DNA of 64,000 nt from Malacoraja senta (taxonomy: Eukaryota). This document shows positions 37,916 to 50,726 of the stretch, piece by piece. The notes below the pieces were generated by a model. That model ran no database searches, had not been told where the DNA came from, and worked only from the letters and a program-made list of their open reading frames with translations. The translations under genes and the position numbers were made by a program. Location: positions 1-64,000 of the forward strand of contig JAXLNO010002548.1 in NCBI GenBank assembly GCA_038087875.1, given 5' to 3'. The first letter of the stretch is position 1, and every line of letters begins with the position of its first letter.

Positions 37916-38329
37916 TGATCAATTCACTTGATGCTAAGGAAGTTGTATGTCAGCCCTCTGCAAACTTTAAAACCCAATGAGATGTTCCTTCTCCATTTGG
38001 TACATCAAGTCCTCTCCGTCATTCAATCATATCTGGATTGGCATGGCTTAGAACATCAGAAAAACCCTCTGCCACAGGGACTACAAAGGGAAAATGTACG
38101 CCAGTAATCCCTCCGTGTGCGTTATATATGTCTGTTAAGGTGTTCAGATTTGTCAAATATTGAATTGCATTCCAACAATGGAGTCTTTAGGTTTATAGAG
38201 TTAAGCGTGAAACTGATAAAGCAGAAGTATTTTCGTGCCAGGAACAAACTACACACTCTTTGACTATAGACAACTCTCATTTGGCAAATGGCAAAAATAT
38301 TCTACTGTTTTTAAAGTATTTTTCCCCAA

Positions 38330-38610
38330 CATGGCAGTGTGGCTCAGCGGTAGAGTTGCTGCGTCACTGCGCCGGAGACCCAGGTGCAGTCTGTACAGAG
38401 TTTGTATGTTCCCCTCGTGACCAGCGTGGGTTTTCTACGGATGCTCCGGTTTCCTCCCACACTCCAAAGACGTGCAGGTTTGTAGGTTAATTGGCTTTGG
38501 TGAAAAGTCCCCAGTGTGTAGGATAGTGAGGGTGTAGAGGTGAATACTGGTCGGCGTGGACTCGGTGGGCCAAAGGGCCCGTTGCCACACTGTATCTCGA
38601 AATGAAAACA
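38330..38610 (+). mobile_element. HE1-like SINE
   Basis: Head, core and tail present. Confidence 0.8.
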
Positions 38611-38749
38611 CTTGAGATTTAATATTGTTTGTGCTGGAGTAACTCAGCGGGTTGAGCAGCATCTCTGGAGAACATGAGTGGGTGACGTTTTGGTTCAGGA
38701 CCCGTCTTGAGGACCAGACGTCAACGAGTGCTGGACTCACCATGACGTA

Positions 38750-39270
38750 GAAACATAGAAAATAGGTGCAGGAGTAGGCCATTCGGCCCTTCGAGCCAGC
38801 ACCGCCTTACAATAGGATTTTGGCTGATCATCCAAAATCAATACCCCATTCCTGCTATCTCCCCATATCCCTTGATTCTCTTAGCCCAAAGAGCCACATC
38901 CAACACTCACTTGAAAACATCCAGTGAATTGACCTCCACTGCCTTCTGTGGCAGAGAATTCTACAGATTTTCTGCGTGAAAATGTTTTCCCTCTTCTGAG
39001 TCCTAAATGGCCTAACCCGTTATTCTTAAACTGTGACCCCTGGTTCTGGACTCCCCGAACATCGGGAACATTGTTCCTGCATCTAGCCTTAACTCCTTTA
39101 AGAATGTTATATGTTTTCATAAGATACCCTCTCATCCTTCTCATTTCCAGCGAATTCAAGCCCAGTCTACCCATTCTTTCATCAAACGTAAGTCTCGCCA
39201 CCCCGGATATTGACCTGGTGAACTTACGCTGCACTCCCTCAATAGTAAGAATGTCCTTCTGCAAATTAGG
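38750..39270 (-). mobile_element. CR1 3' fragment
   Basis: IEGVQRKFTRSISG..RMRGYLMKTYNILKG and a CR1 3' UTR. Confidence 0.8.
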
Positions 39271-40339
39271 AAAGGTACAGGAGTGTGAAAACGCACACCT
39301 CCAGATTCAGGGACAGTTTCTTCCCAGCTGTTACCAGGCAACTAAAGCATCCTACCACAACCAGAGAGCAGTTCTGAACTACTATCTACCTAATTGGTGA
39401 CCCTCGGACTATCCTTGCTGGCTTTACCTTGCACTAAACGTTATTCCTTTACCATGTATCTATACATTGCAAATGGCTCGATTGTAATCATGCAATGTAT
39501 TTCTGCTAACTGTTTTAACATGCGACAAAAAGCATTTCTCCGTACACGTGACAATAAAATCAATTGAACTGAGTTCCTTGTATCTAACACTTGAGTCCAG
39601 TTGGTTATAACCACTGTGACCTGTGGTCATATGGTGAAGTGGTTTATTCCCTTCTGGGCCGGCCTTCCATTCATAAGATCGCAAGTTTGTAAACCATCAT
39701 AATCAGAGGTGACCTCATAATGTGCCTGGCCGGCGACATCACAATGAACTGCATCCGTAACCATGAGAGACGGACGGGCTCCATTCCATCCATCAACTTG
39801 AAGTGGGTTCACAGTTTGCGAGATATTGAACAGATCAGAGCTTTAAAATTCACTCTATGTATTTAGAAACAAAGGAACCTGTATCAAAAATGCCGGTGGA
39901 GAGTGCCAAGCAGGATGATAAAAGGAGATCTAAGGTAGATTTGAATCCATTAATAGACCAAGATAAAAGGTGGAGTGACTCAGCGAGTCTTATTCTTAAA
40001 CTGTGACCCCCTGGTTCTGGACTCCCTACATTGGGAACATAGGGACGTAGGGCTCTACTGCCACCTCTGAGCTTTTCTTTATGGGAGAGAATCCTATCCA
40101 TCCAGTGACAATCCTGTCTCCAGTCTTCAACATCCCCCCCCCCCGCCTCTCCCCCTACCCACCCTTCTACCCTCTCTGGACCTTTTTATATCCACTGTTG
40201 GTGCAACAAATGCCTTGGCTTCTCTACTCCACTGGCCCACTCAAACCGGAAGGGTCCTGACCTGAAACGACAAATGTTAGGGAGCATCTCTGGAGAACAT
40301 CTCTGGAGAAGGATATTGAATTATGTGAGGTAAGGGAAA

Positions 40340-41958
40340 CAAGTAGAAAAGCTATGGAAACTATGAGATTAAAAGAAGAGGAAGTACTGACACTTTAAAA
40401 AATATATAAAAGTGGATAAGTCTTGAGGGAAGTTAGTGTAGAAATAGCAGGGGCTATGACAGAAATATTTCAAATGCCATTAGAAACGGGAATAGTGCCG
40501 GAGGATGGCGTACTGCGCATGTTGTTCCATTGTATTAAAAGGGTTCTAAGAGTAAACCTAGCAATAATAGACCTGTTAGTTTGACGTCAGTGGTGGGCAA
40601 ATTAATGGAAAGGTTACTTAGAGATAATATATATAAGCATCTGGATCAACAGGATCTGATTAGGAACAGTCAACATGGATTTGTGCCTGGAAGGTCATCT
40701 TTGACTAATCTTGAATTTTTTGAAAAAGTTACTGGGGAAATTGATGAGGGTAAAGCAGTGGATGTTGTCTATATGGACTTCAGTAAGGCCTTTGACAAGG
40801 TTCCTCATGGAGGGTTGGTTAAGAAAGTTCAATGGTTGGGTATTAATGGTGGAGTAGCAAGATGGATTCAACAGTGGCTGAATGGGAGATGCCAGAGAGT
40901 AATGGTGGATGGCTGTTTGTCAGGTTGGAGGCCGGTGACTAGTGGGGTGCCTCGGGGATCTGGGTTGGGTCCACTGTTGTTTGTCATGTACATTAATGAT
41001 CTGGATGGTGGTGTGGTAAATTGGATTAGTAAGTATGCAGATGATACTAAGATAGGTGGTGTTGCGGATAGTGAAGTCGATTTTCAAAGTCTACAGAGAT
41101 ATTTAGGCCATTTGGAAGAGTCGGCTGAAAGATAGCAGATGGAGTTTAATGCAGATAAATGTGAGGTGCTACATCTTGGCAGGACAAATCAAAATAGGAC
41201 GTACATGGTAAATGGTAGCGAATTGAGCAATGCAGTTGAACAGAGGGATCTAGGAATAACTGTGCATAGTTCCCTGAAGGTGGAATCTCATGTAAATAGG
41301 GTGGGAAAGAAAGCTTTTGGTGTGCTGGCCTTCATAAATCAGAGCATTGAGTATAGAAGCTGGAATGGAATGTTAAAATTGTACAAGGCATTGGTGAGGC
41401 CAATTCTGGAGTATGGTGTACAATTTTGGTCGGCTAATTATAGGGAGGATGTCAACAAAATAGAGGGAGTACAGAGGAGGTTTACTAGAATGTTGCCTGA
41501 GTTTCAACAACTAAGTTACAGAGAAAGGTCGAACAAGTTAGGTCTTTATTCTTTGGAACGCAGAACGTTAAGGGGGACTTGATAGAGGTCTTTAAATGAT
41601 GAGAGGGATAGACAGAGTTGACGTGGATAAGCTTTTCCCATTGAGAGTAGGGAAGATTCAAACAAGAGGACATGACTTGAGAATTAAGGAACAGAAGATT
41701 AGGGGTAACATGAGGGGGAACTCCTTTACTCAGAGAGTGGTAGCTGTGCGGAATGAGCTTCCAGTGGAAGTGGTGGAGGCAGGTTCGATTTTATCACTTA
41801 AAAATAAATTGGATAGGTATATGGATGGGAAAGGAATGGAGGGTCATGGTCTGAGTGCAGGTAGATGGGACTAGGGGAAAATAAGTGTTCGGCACGGACT
41901 AGAAGGGCCGAGATGGCATGTTTCCGTGCTGTAATTGTTATATGGTTATATGGTTATA
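40340..41958 (+). mobile_element. CR1 LINE 3' portion with RT
   Basis: NSQHGFVPGRS; VDVVYMDFSKAFDKVPH; GVPRGSGLGPLLF; KYADDTK; (GTTATATG)n tail. Confidence 0.92.
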
Positions 41959-42139
41959 ACATGGATAGATGACATTTCACGGAGTGCTGGAGTAACTCAG
42001 CGGGTCAGGCAGCATCTGTGGAGAACATGGGTAGGTGACGTTTCACAGATTGCTGGAGTAACTCAGCGGGTCAGGCAGCATCTGTGTAGAACATGGATAG
42101 GTGACGTTTCACAGGACAATGAAGCTAGTTGGAGAATGG

Positions 42140-42886
42140 TGGCTGATTAGGAAAAGGGGAGATGCAACGAGACCTGGGTGTCATGGCACACCAGTCATTG
42201 AAAGTAGGAATGCAGGTGCAGCAGGCAGTGAAGAAAGCAAATGGTATGTTAGCATTCATAGCAAAATGATTTGAGTATAAGAGCTGGGAGGTTCTATTGC
42301 AGTTGTACAGGGTATTGGTGAGACCACACCTGGAGTATTGCATACAGTTTTGGTCTCCTAATCTTAGGAAATACATTCTTGCCATAGAGGGTGTACAGAG
42401 AAGGTTCAGCAGACTGATTCCTGGGATGGCAGGACTTTCATATGAAGAAAGACTGGATAGACTCGGCTTATACAGGCTAGCATTCAGAAGATTAAGGTGG
42501 AATCTTATAGAAACTTACAAAATTCTTAAGGGGTTGGACAGGCTAGATGCAGGAAGATTATTCCCGATATTGGGGAAGTACAGAACTAGGGGGTCACAGT
42601 TTAAGGATAAGAGGGAGGTCTTTTAGGACCGAGATGAGAAAATCATTTTTTACACAGAGAGTGGTGAATCTGTGGAATTCTCTGCCACAGAAGGTAGTTG
42701 AGGCCAGTTCATTGGCTATATTTAAGAGGGAGTTAGATGTGGCCCTTGTGGCTAAAGGGATCAGGCGGTATGGAGAGAAGGCAGGGATGGGATACTGAGT
42801 TGGATGATCAGCCATGATCATATCAAATGGCCATACAGGCTCGAAATGCCGAATGGCCTACTCCTGCACCTATTTTCTATGTTTCT
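42140..42886 (+). mobile_element. CR1 3' fragment, second subfamily
   Basis: LYRVLVRPHLEYCIQFWSP..FFTQRVVNLWNSLP and a 3' UTR. Confidence 0.88.
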
Positions 42887-43276
42887 AACTAGGGTTGGGG
42901 ATGGGTGGAGAGAGAGGGAAGGCAAGGGTTACTTGAAGTTGGAGAAATCAATATTCATATCGCTGAGTTGTAATCTGCCTGTCCTGCTGAGTTACTCCAG
43001 CATTTTGTGTCTATCTTCAGTGTAAACCTGCATCTGCTGTTCCTGCACATTTTGTCTTGCCCACATTGACCAAGATGCCCCATCTACACTAGTTCCTCCT
43101 GCCTGCATTTGTTCCATATCTCTCCATACCTATCCTATCCATGTACCTGTCAAGAGTGTTTTATTGTCATAAGTCACAAACTGAACTATTAAATGCTGAC
43201 TTACGATAGGATAGAACTTTATCTATCCAAGGAGGGAAATTGTTCTGCCAACAGTCATACAATACAAGATAAAGAC

Positions 43277-43630
43277 GGTCATGGTGGCGCAGCGGTAGTG
43301 TTGCTGCCTTACAGCAAATGCACGCCGGAGACCCAGGTTCGATCCCGATTACGGGTGCTGTCTATACGGAGTTTGTACGTTCTCCCCATGACCTGCGTGG
43401 GTTTTCTCTGAGATCTTCGGTTTTCTCCCACACACCAAAGATGTACAGGATTGTAGGTTAATTGGCTTTGGTAACATTGTAAATGTCCCTAGTGTGTGGA
43501 GTAGTGCTAGTGTACGGGATGATCGCTGGTTAGTGTTAATGTGCGGGGATCGCTGGTTGCCACGGACCCGGTGGGCCGAAGGGCCTGTTTCTGCGCTGTA
43601 TCTCTAAACTAAACTAAACTAAACTAAACA
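43277..43630 (+). mobile_element. HE1-like SINE, full length, with internal duplication
   Basis: A and B boxes, core, long (CTAAA)n tail. Confidence 0.85.
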
Positions 43631-44056
43631 TGAAACATGAAATTAAAGTAATGAGTGGAAAGGATTGCGGATGTGCAAAGATTGGGGAGGGGGAGGGGGT
43701 TAGTCAGTCTACCCCATGACAGAAGGGGGTGGAGTTGTACAGTTTGATAGCCATAGGGGAGCAGGATCTCCTGTGGCGTTCTGTGCTGCATCTTGGTGGA
43801 ACCAGTCTGTTGCTGAAGGTGTTCCTCAGTGTGTCATGGAGTGGGTTACGTAGCAGCACAACAGTAGTGTAACATATTGCACTGTAAAACCCTTATTATA
43901 CAGCAAAAAAAGTTCCGTGTATATTAGAGAAACACAATTAATCCAAATAGTCCTGTCCAAGTATCTTCTAAATGCCATTGTACCAGCCTCCACTACCTCC
44001 TCTGGCAGCTTGTTCCATATACCCATCTCCTGGGAGAAGGGAGTGAGTTAATTATG

Positions 44057-44186
44057 GTAGACAAAAATGCTGGAGAAACTCAGCAGGTGAGGCGGCGTCT
44101 AGATGCATGCTGCCTCATCCGCTGAGTTTCTCCAGCATTTTTGTCAACCTTCGATTTTTCCAGCATGTGCAGTTCTTTCTTAAACA
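44057..44186. mobile_element. 130-bp Penelope-derived fold-back mini-element
   Basis: Long inverted arms at 44060-44145; 11-bp direct repeat AGTTAATTATG on both sides; sequence matches the PLE terminus at 51370-51430. Confidence 0.7.
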
Positions 44187-44799
44187 AGTTAATTATGATA
44201 GTGCTTTAGGAATGTTGGATTCAGCCGAGTCTTAAACGATGCCTCTGCAGAATAATCTATTCCGTTTTGAACTAATCATGCTTTTTTTGTTGATGGGGTG
44301 AGAAAACGTGAATCTTTGAGGCTGGGCAAATATCCATGGTTCAGGCAAACTTGTTTAAATTGGACAAATTGCATTTTCACTTCAAATGAAATAAATTGGC
44401 TTGTTTAACCGTTGCTTATTCTTCCACGTGAACCCGTTTACAGCATCTGCAGACTCCTTTTAATTTAAAATTCACTTGAAGACCCAACTTTTTGCATCTT
44501 TGAACCATGAATTGGAGACCCAAATATCTCTGTCGAATTGGTTATCAAAATTACCATGTGCTCCCCCGGAATGATGCCAGCTCTTGGGAACATTTTCATT
44601 ATGATTCTTCACATTTCCTTCCAATTCGATTTTTATAAAAAGTTTCAGCTGGTGAACTTTAAACAGCCCTTTTATTTTAAATATCCTTCGCAGACTTGGT
44701 GCGCTGAAGGGCCTGTTTCCACTCTGCATCTCTAAATGTAAAACTAAACTCATGCGCACGGCTTGTTGTAGGAATTACAGAGACATGGCTGCAAGAGGG

Positions 44800-45360
44800 C
44801 TGGTGATGGGAACTGAATATTCAAGGATATATCTCCTATAGAATAGACAGACAGGTGGGCAGAGGGACTGGGGTAGCTCTGTTGGTGAGGAATGAAATTC
44901 AGTCCCTTGCAAGGGGTGACATTGAAACAGGAGATGTGGAGTCAGTATGGATAGAACTAAGGAAGTGTAAGGGTAAAAAGACCCTAATGGGACATCCATT
45001 TGGGGATACCAATGGTGTTAGACAAGGGGGAATTTTGTCCCCAGACCTTTTTAATCTATATATTGATGATCTGTCTGAACAATTGAAGGCCTGTAACACT
45101 GGGTGCGTGATTGGTAATATTTTACTGAACCATATTATGTATGCAGATGATCTTGTGATCTTTAGTCCATCTAGCGCTGGTCTCCAGCAGCTCCATACTA
45201 TATGTTCTGTGTATGGTGTGGAACATGACATTAAATATAATGCTAGTAAGAATGCTGTTATGATCTGTACAACCAAAGAGGATAAATGTCTAACATTTCC
45301 TGATTTTAAATTATCTGACAATAATCCTAGTGTCTGTAATAAGGTAAAATATTTACACTG
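44800..45360 (+). mobile_element. Fused LINE fragments: CR1 endonuclease piece (to ~44990) plus RT core of another non-LTR family
   Basis: GVALLVRNEI..VESVWIELRKCKGKKTLMG, then GVRQGGILSPDLFNLYIDDLS..HIMYADDLV. Confidence 0.75.
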
Positions 45361-45399
45361 ATTTACAGTATGCTTTCGGAGTCGTTCACCATTATGGGC

Positions 45400-46845
45400 A
45401 ATTGTGGAAAAATCGAGGCTTCCTGACCTCATCAGGAACAGTTATTTCACACCAGAAGTTAGTTTCCAACCTTTTACAGGCAATCCAATTGCCCAGTCAG
45501 CTTGCAGTTATTATAGTTCGTGCCCACACATCAGGCCAGAGCCCTATAGATATCGGCAATCGCCTTGCGGATGGTGCCGCTAAAAAAAGCTTCTTGGACT
45601 AACCAGGTTGTTGTGCCCCGAATGATGAGGCAGACTAAAAATTCCAGTAAGAATCAGTCTCCCCCGGAAAAAGGAATGCCAACCATCCAGGAAGTACTTC
45701 AAATACAGGAGGATGCTCCTGCACAGGTAAAACAGCTGTGGCAGGACCAGGGCTGTGTGTTTGATCCTGTCACTAGCTTATGGGTTACGCCTGCAGGCCA
45801 GACTTGCATGTCTGATGAACTTGTGTTATGGATTATTGAATGTGTACACTTTGCAACTCATTGTGGTGCCAAGGCCGGAAATGATATGCTTTTAGACACC
45901 TGGTGGCATCCAAAACTTCTGGACTTGGCCCAGCGTGTCAGCCAGCAATGTCTGATTTGCCAGCAGCATAATCCAGGTAAAGGCTTGCCCTGTGAACCAG
46001 GTAAGATCCCTTTACCAGCAGGTCCATTTGAGACCTTGCAAATGGACTACATTGAGTTGAAAAGGTGTCAGTGTTATAAGTATGTTCTTGTAATTGTCGA
46101 TGTTTTCAGTAAATGGATTGATGCATACCTGACCACTGACAATAAGGCGTCTACCATTGTAAAAATATTGTTACGCGAAATCATACCGCGATTCGTTGTT
46201 CCTGCGCGTTTAAGTTCCGATAAAGGTCCTCATTTTATTGCTGCAGTAAACAAAGAAATGTGCCAACAATTACAGATACATCAACAGCTCCATTGTGCAT
46301 ATAGACCTCAGGCCGCCGGATTCGTGGAACGGGCAAATCAGACTTTGTAAACCAAATTAGCTAAATTAGTGGCACAGACTGGCTTAACATGGTTTAAACT
46401 GCTTCCTGTAGCTCTTTTTCAGATACAGACCACTCCTTCTGGTACGGCACGACTGACGCCTGCGGAAATAATATATGGTCGACCTTTACGGATGCCATGG
46501 AATGACCAGGCGGTCCATTTCCATGCCCCCGCAGCGGTCCATTTCTACCAGATGACTGAGGAAATGACATCCTATGTATTAACTTTAACCCGTGCTTTGC
46601 GAACTTCTCATTCACAGGTCAGGGCTGCAAATGGTGAGGCGCCAGCACTCAAAGTTCCATTTAATATTGAGACATGTTGCTATGTGCTGGTCGGGAACTG
46701 GAAGCGTAAGCACTTGGACTCATGTTAGGATGGTCCCTTCCAGGTCCTCCTCACCACTCCAACCGCTGCCAAGGTCGAGGGTCGTGCTGCATGGGTTCAT
46801 CTGCACCACTGCAAACTGATTGGGGAGCCCAATCATAAGGGGTGA
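45400..46845 (+). pseudogene. pol: ERV family B pol 3' end (RNase H C-terminus plus integrase)
   Basis: GNRLADGAAKK; HHCC zinc finger (HFATH..CLIC); LQMDY, SSDKG, VERANQTL (DDE); [18 protein letters not shown]. Stop at 46348-46350. Confidence 0.9.
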
Positions 46846-47121
46846 GAAGAGTCATTTTATTTTCAACTCAGAGTTTTTAGTTTTTACATTGCTGCTTTGC
46901 TTGGGAGTTGTATCATTATAAGTTTAGTTGTATCATTATACGTTTAGTTGTAGCATTATAAGTTTAGTTTTGAATCCTTATTTTGCTATATGGTTAAGAA
47001 TATGTGACTGATAACTGGACTGACTGACTGAAGGATGGTTAACTTGAGTGAATAGTTGATTAAGTCAATTAAGTAAGAAATGAACTTTTTGTAACCCTTT
47101 GCATTTTCCAGATATATTCAA

Positions 47122-49015
47122 ATGAGGCGATTTTTCCTGCCATGCAACCTAATGCTTCTGCAGACAGGGGGAAATAAAGGAGAGATTCGACGATGTGTCC
47201 CAGGACACGCATATAGGATATTTCACCTCTGCAAAGGAGATGTTGTACAATGTAGAGGCCCAGAAGTCCTCGTAAGACGGAACATAAATAAATTAACTAC
47301 TGCCATGGCAAAATGCAACAGACTAACTGAAGCCTCTACCTAATTGATCAGTCACTCTGCGAGTTTCCATGTGGGTACCGGATATGCAGGGTTGACTTAT
47401 CTTGCAGGAGGAACCCCGGGGAGGACCGAACTCTAAATAAACACTTGTATGATGGACTATGTTATCAAGTAGCATTACAGGTCCACCCGGGGCTCCAAAG
47501 GACAGAACCTGAACAACAAATACGGGAAAAGGGAGAATTTGAAGAAAAAGTCACTAACGTATTTATACGGACCCATAATGAATTATTTGGTAAAGGGCAA
47601 GTTGTGTGTTACCCCGCTATGAAATCTGTTATTAGCCTATTTACAGTATCTCCTGAGTGGGGAAGGATTTAACGATTAGTAAAGTGTCAAGATGAGATGC
47701 CAGTTCCGGTCAAAGCTGTCACCATCTATTATGACGAGTTCTTAGCCCCACCAGCTAACTGTTTGCCATTACCTGGCGACAATAAGCATTCATACCCAAG
47801 CTGTCAAAACTCTTCGGGTACCAGAGTAGAACCACTAATGCCGTGTAACTTTACCCCTAACACCGACAATAGACAATACGGATGATGCTTCACTAACCAG
47901 GGATACGGGTGCATAGTTGTTGACGTCCCTTCCAACATTACGTGCATAGTACGAACCCCACGACAACCTAGTTGCAACAGCACATCTAAGGGCATCCAAT
48001 GCACCATTCCCAAATGATGCGTCCCAGTCTCTGCAGGGTTTCAACTGCTTTGTGGGTGGGCCAATGGAACCCATCTAACTGTAGGATTCTATCACTTGCC
48101 CATCCCAAGATACACCAATTGGATTTCAAGCAATTGGATGGACTGGGCAAAGGGTGGCAAGGTGATTAATACACGCATGGACTGTCATGGGTCCATATAC
48201 ACCGAGGAAGGGTATTACTTCTTTTTCAATGGCAAAGGGACCAATGTGCTAAAACCTCCTTTTCCAAAGAACGTAGCCATCGGGATCCTTGTCCCCACCA
48301 CCGTTCCCTGCCCAGAGAGTTGGTCCCTACAAAACCAAAGGACTCTGCGCAGGGCAATATCCGCCGAATTCTGTGCCAATTGGAGAAACCCAACTACAAT
48401 GGGAACATCTAGGTGGGATGCTGCGGGATGGGGAGTACTAAGCCTGCTTACTTTCAGAGGTGTAGGGGGAGGGTTGGCAGCAAAACATCGAAACTATATG
48501 ATTTGTGGACTAACCATTTTGGCAAATGCCACTATATGATTTGTGGGCAAACCATTTTGGGAAATGCCACTACTGGCGCCTTGGAGGCAATAAAAACCCA
48601 ACTATCAGAAATGCATCTGTTCTCTTTACAGAATAGATATGCCTTAGATTATCTGTTGGCCCGTGAGGGAGGGACGTGTGCTATTGTAAAAGATAAATAT
48701 ATGATGGGAGTTCAGGATAGAACTAGTAATATCACCAAACATCAAGAGGACATTACTACCCTGCTTGATGGAATGAAGGAGGGTGTTGGATGGGGAAACT
48801 GGGGTTTTGGGGGATTATATAATTGGATCATCAGCATGGCCATAAATGCAGCAATAGTGATCATGTGTTTGTTAGTGGGAATTGCTATTGTTAAATGTAT
48901 CATCACCAGACTAATGACAGCCTTGGGTAATGTGGAAACTGGTGGGCAGGTCTTATTGCAGCACCTAGAAGAAGACATTACGATGTTGGAGTCTGATGGA
49001 AGTAGAGACGTGTGA
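47122..49015 (+). pseudogene. env: ERV family B env, frameshifted
   Basis: Splice acceptor at 47095-47111 before the ATG; basic cleavage site RTLRR; LQNRYALDYLLAREGGTC ISD; hydrophobic anchor WIISMAINAAIVIMCLLVGIAIV. Confidence 0.82.
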
Positions 49016-49050
49016 ACCAGCAGGTAGAGAAGGAAATGTTGGAGGAGGAG

Positions 49051-50570
49051 TGTAATAGACTGAATAATGTGGAGAAGGAGGAATGCTATTAAGTCCAGAA
49101 TAATTGAGCACCATAAGGGCTAGGGTTGGAAGCACAGCAGAGAAGTAGGGAACAGCATTGGTGTCAACAAGCCAGCCTGCTGACCTACGTGGTCCAGGTT
49201 TTGGGGGCTATAAAGCATCTCGAGGTTAGGTATAAACGTGGATGACTAATAAGCCAATGCTGATGAATCTCTGCCTTGTGTTATTATCCTATTAGTGGTC
49301 ATAGAATGACCAGTGTGAGGAATGAGGAAATATTATACAAATAGAACGGCTTGGATAGAGACTTTTATATAAGCTAGGTGAATTGCAAAAGAAAAGCTTA
49401 AAGTTTCCCTGAACTGAAATAAAGTGCAAACTGACACATACACACAGGCAAAGATGAATCAAAACATGGAGGCCTGAACCTGCTTAGCTTAGGTTATTGT
49501 TTGGGGGCAATTATAGCACTGGAGGAAATTGTATTTGATATGGCTTTGTGTTGAAGAATGGGAAGCTGAATAAGGGGCCTCTTCTTAGGCCATCTGCTCT
49601 GTCTCTATGGCACATTTTTGAGCTCTGAATGTGACATAAACGTGAAGAGTTATGGCTTGTTATGCTAGGTTTGAGACAGAATTCAAGGCTGAGAGATGAT
49701 AGACTGCAGTTAGCCTTGGCTGTGTAAAATTATAATGAGTGTGATAAGGAATAAGATGTAAGTGAAGGAATAGTTGCTTTGAGAAATAATTAGATTGAGG
49801 GAGTTGTTTATAGAAGGTTGAAGCAGATGGAATTCTGACGTAATGGTCTGGGTTGTACCTTGTACCTTGTGTTCTGTCTGTTACATGAGATTGGAAATCC
49901 TGCTTCCCGATAACAGGAAAGGTACCAAACTCATATTAACTAAATTGACAGATTTACGACCCATGTATCTTTGGATGGGAGATGGAAATGTGCGTTTTGA
50001 ACTTAGAAACTGTAATTCAGCAAACTTATATAGTTAATGTTTTAAAGACATTGGTAATGGTATTTCAAAATGTGTAAAATTATAGTAACACCAATTATGC
50101 AATGTATTGTCTTAGTAGAAAGGTACACTTTAGACTTAGAGAAATTGTTTAGATTTATAGAAATATCTTTTCTCTTGGTATAGAAAGTGTGTATGACTTG
50201 AGTGATCATTGTATGTATCTTATATTTTGAAGAGGGGTCTTTGATAAAAGCCTACAGGGGTTTTGCTGTGTTGAAATAAAATAATTCTAAAACAGTTATA
50301 GAGTTATACCATAGACAAACAAAGATTGTAAAAAGACGTCAGGAAAGGGGATATCCTGTGACTGATGTTGTAAATCACCAAAAGGACTCAGATGATTGGT
50401 TACCAGTTGTCCTACCCTCTGTATTTGAAATGTCTAAATACCTATATAAAGCAATGAGTTTGTATCAAAAACACAAATACTTTGGAGCTGCCCCGGAGCT
50501 TCTAGCTCTGTGTTGGAAGGTTCAAAGAATTGTCTCAGTACTGAATAAAGAATCAATTCCAACAGCTACA
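49051..50570 (+). repeat. Putative ~1.5 kb 3' LTR of family B
   Basis: Begins TGTA directly after the PPT; TATATAAA at ~50443; AATAAA at ~50543; ends TACA. The right boundary is inferred. Confidence 0.6.
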
Positions 50571-50726
50571 AGCATTTGAGTCAAGTTTTCTTGACTTTAG
50601 ATTGACAAAATAACTCAGTTTAACATTCTCACTGTCTCTGACTACATTTTATCTCTGTCATCACTCTGAAGAAGGGTCTCAACATGAAACGTCACCCATT
50701 CCTTCTCGCCAGAGATGCTGCCCGTC

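Larger units (their letters stand above)
45361..50570 (+). mobile_element. 5'-truncated ERV provirus, family B
   Basis: RNase H end, integrase, env, PPT GGAGGAGGAG and a long 3' LTR. Confidence 0.88.

Noticed and set aside
37990-38086. Minus-strand acceptor TTTTCCCTTTGTAG followed by PVAEGFSDVLSHANPDMIE*
   Set aside because: No linked exon or homology; a single acceptor-like site is common by chance.
44472-44640. Possible class I alpha1 exon (VPKSW...WFK spacing resembles fish VPKQDW...TFK)
   Set aside because: The upstream strand region is several residues too short, there is no YDS or YW, the frame stops early and the nearest GT is phase 2. Too weak to call.
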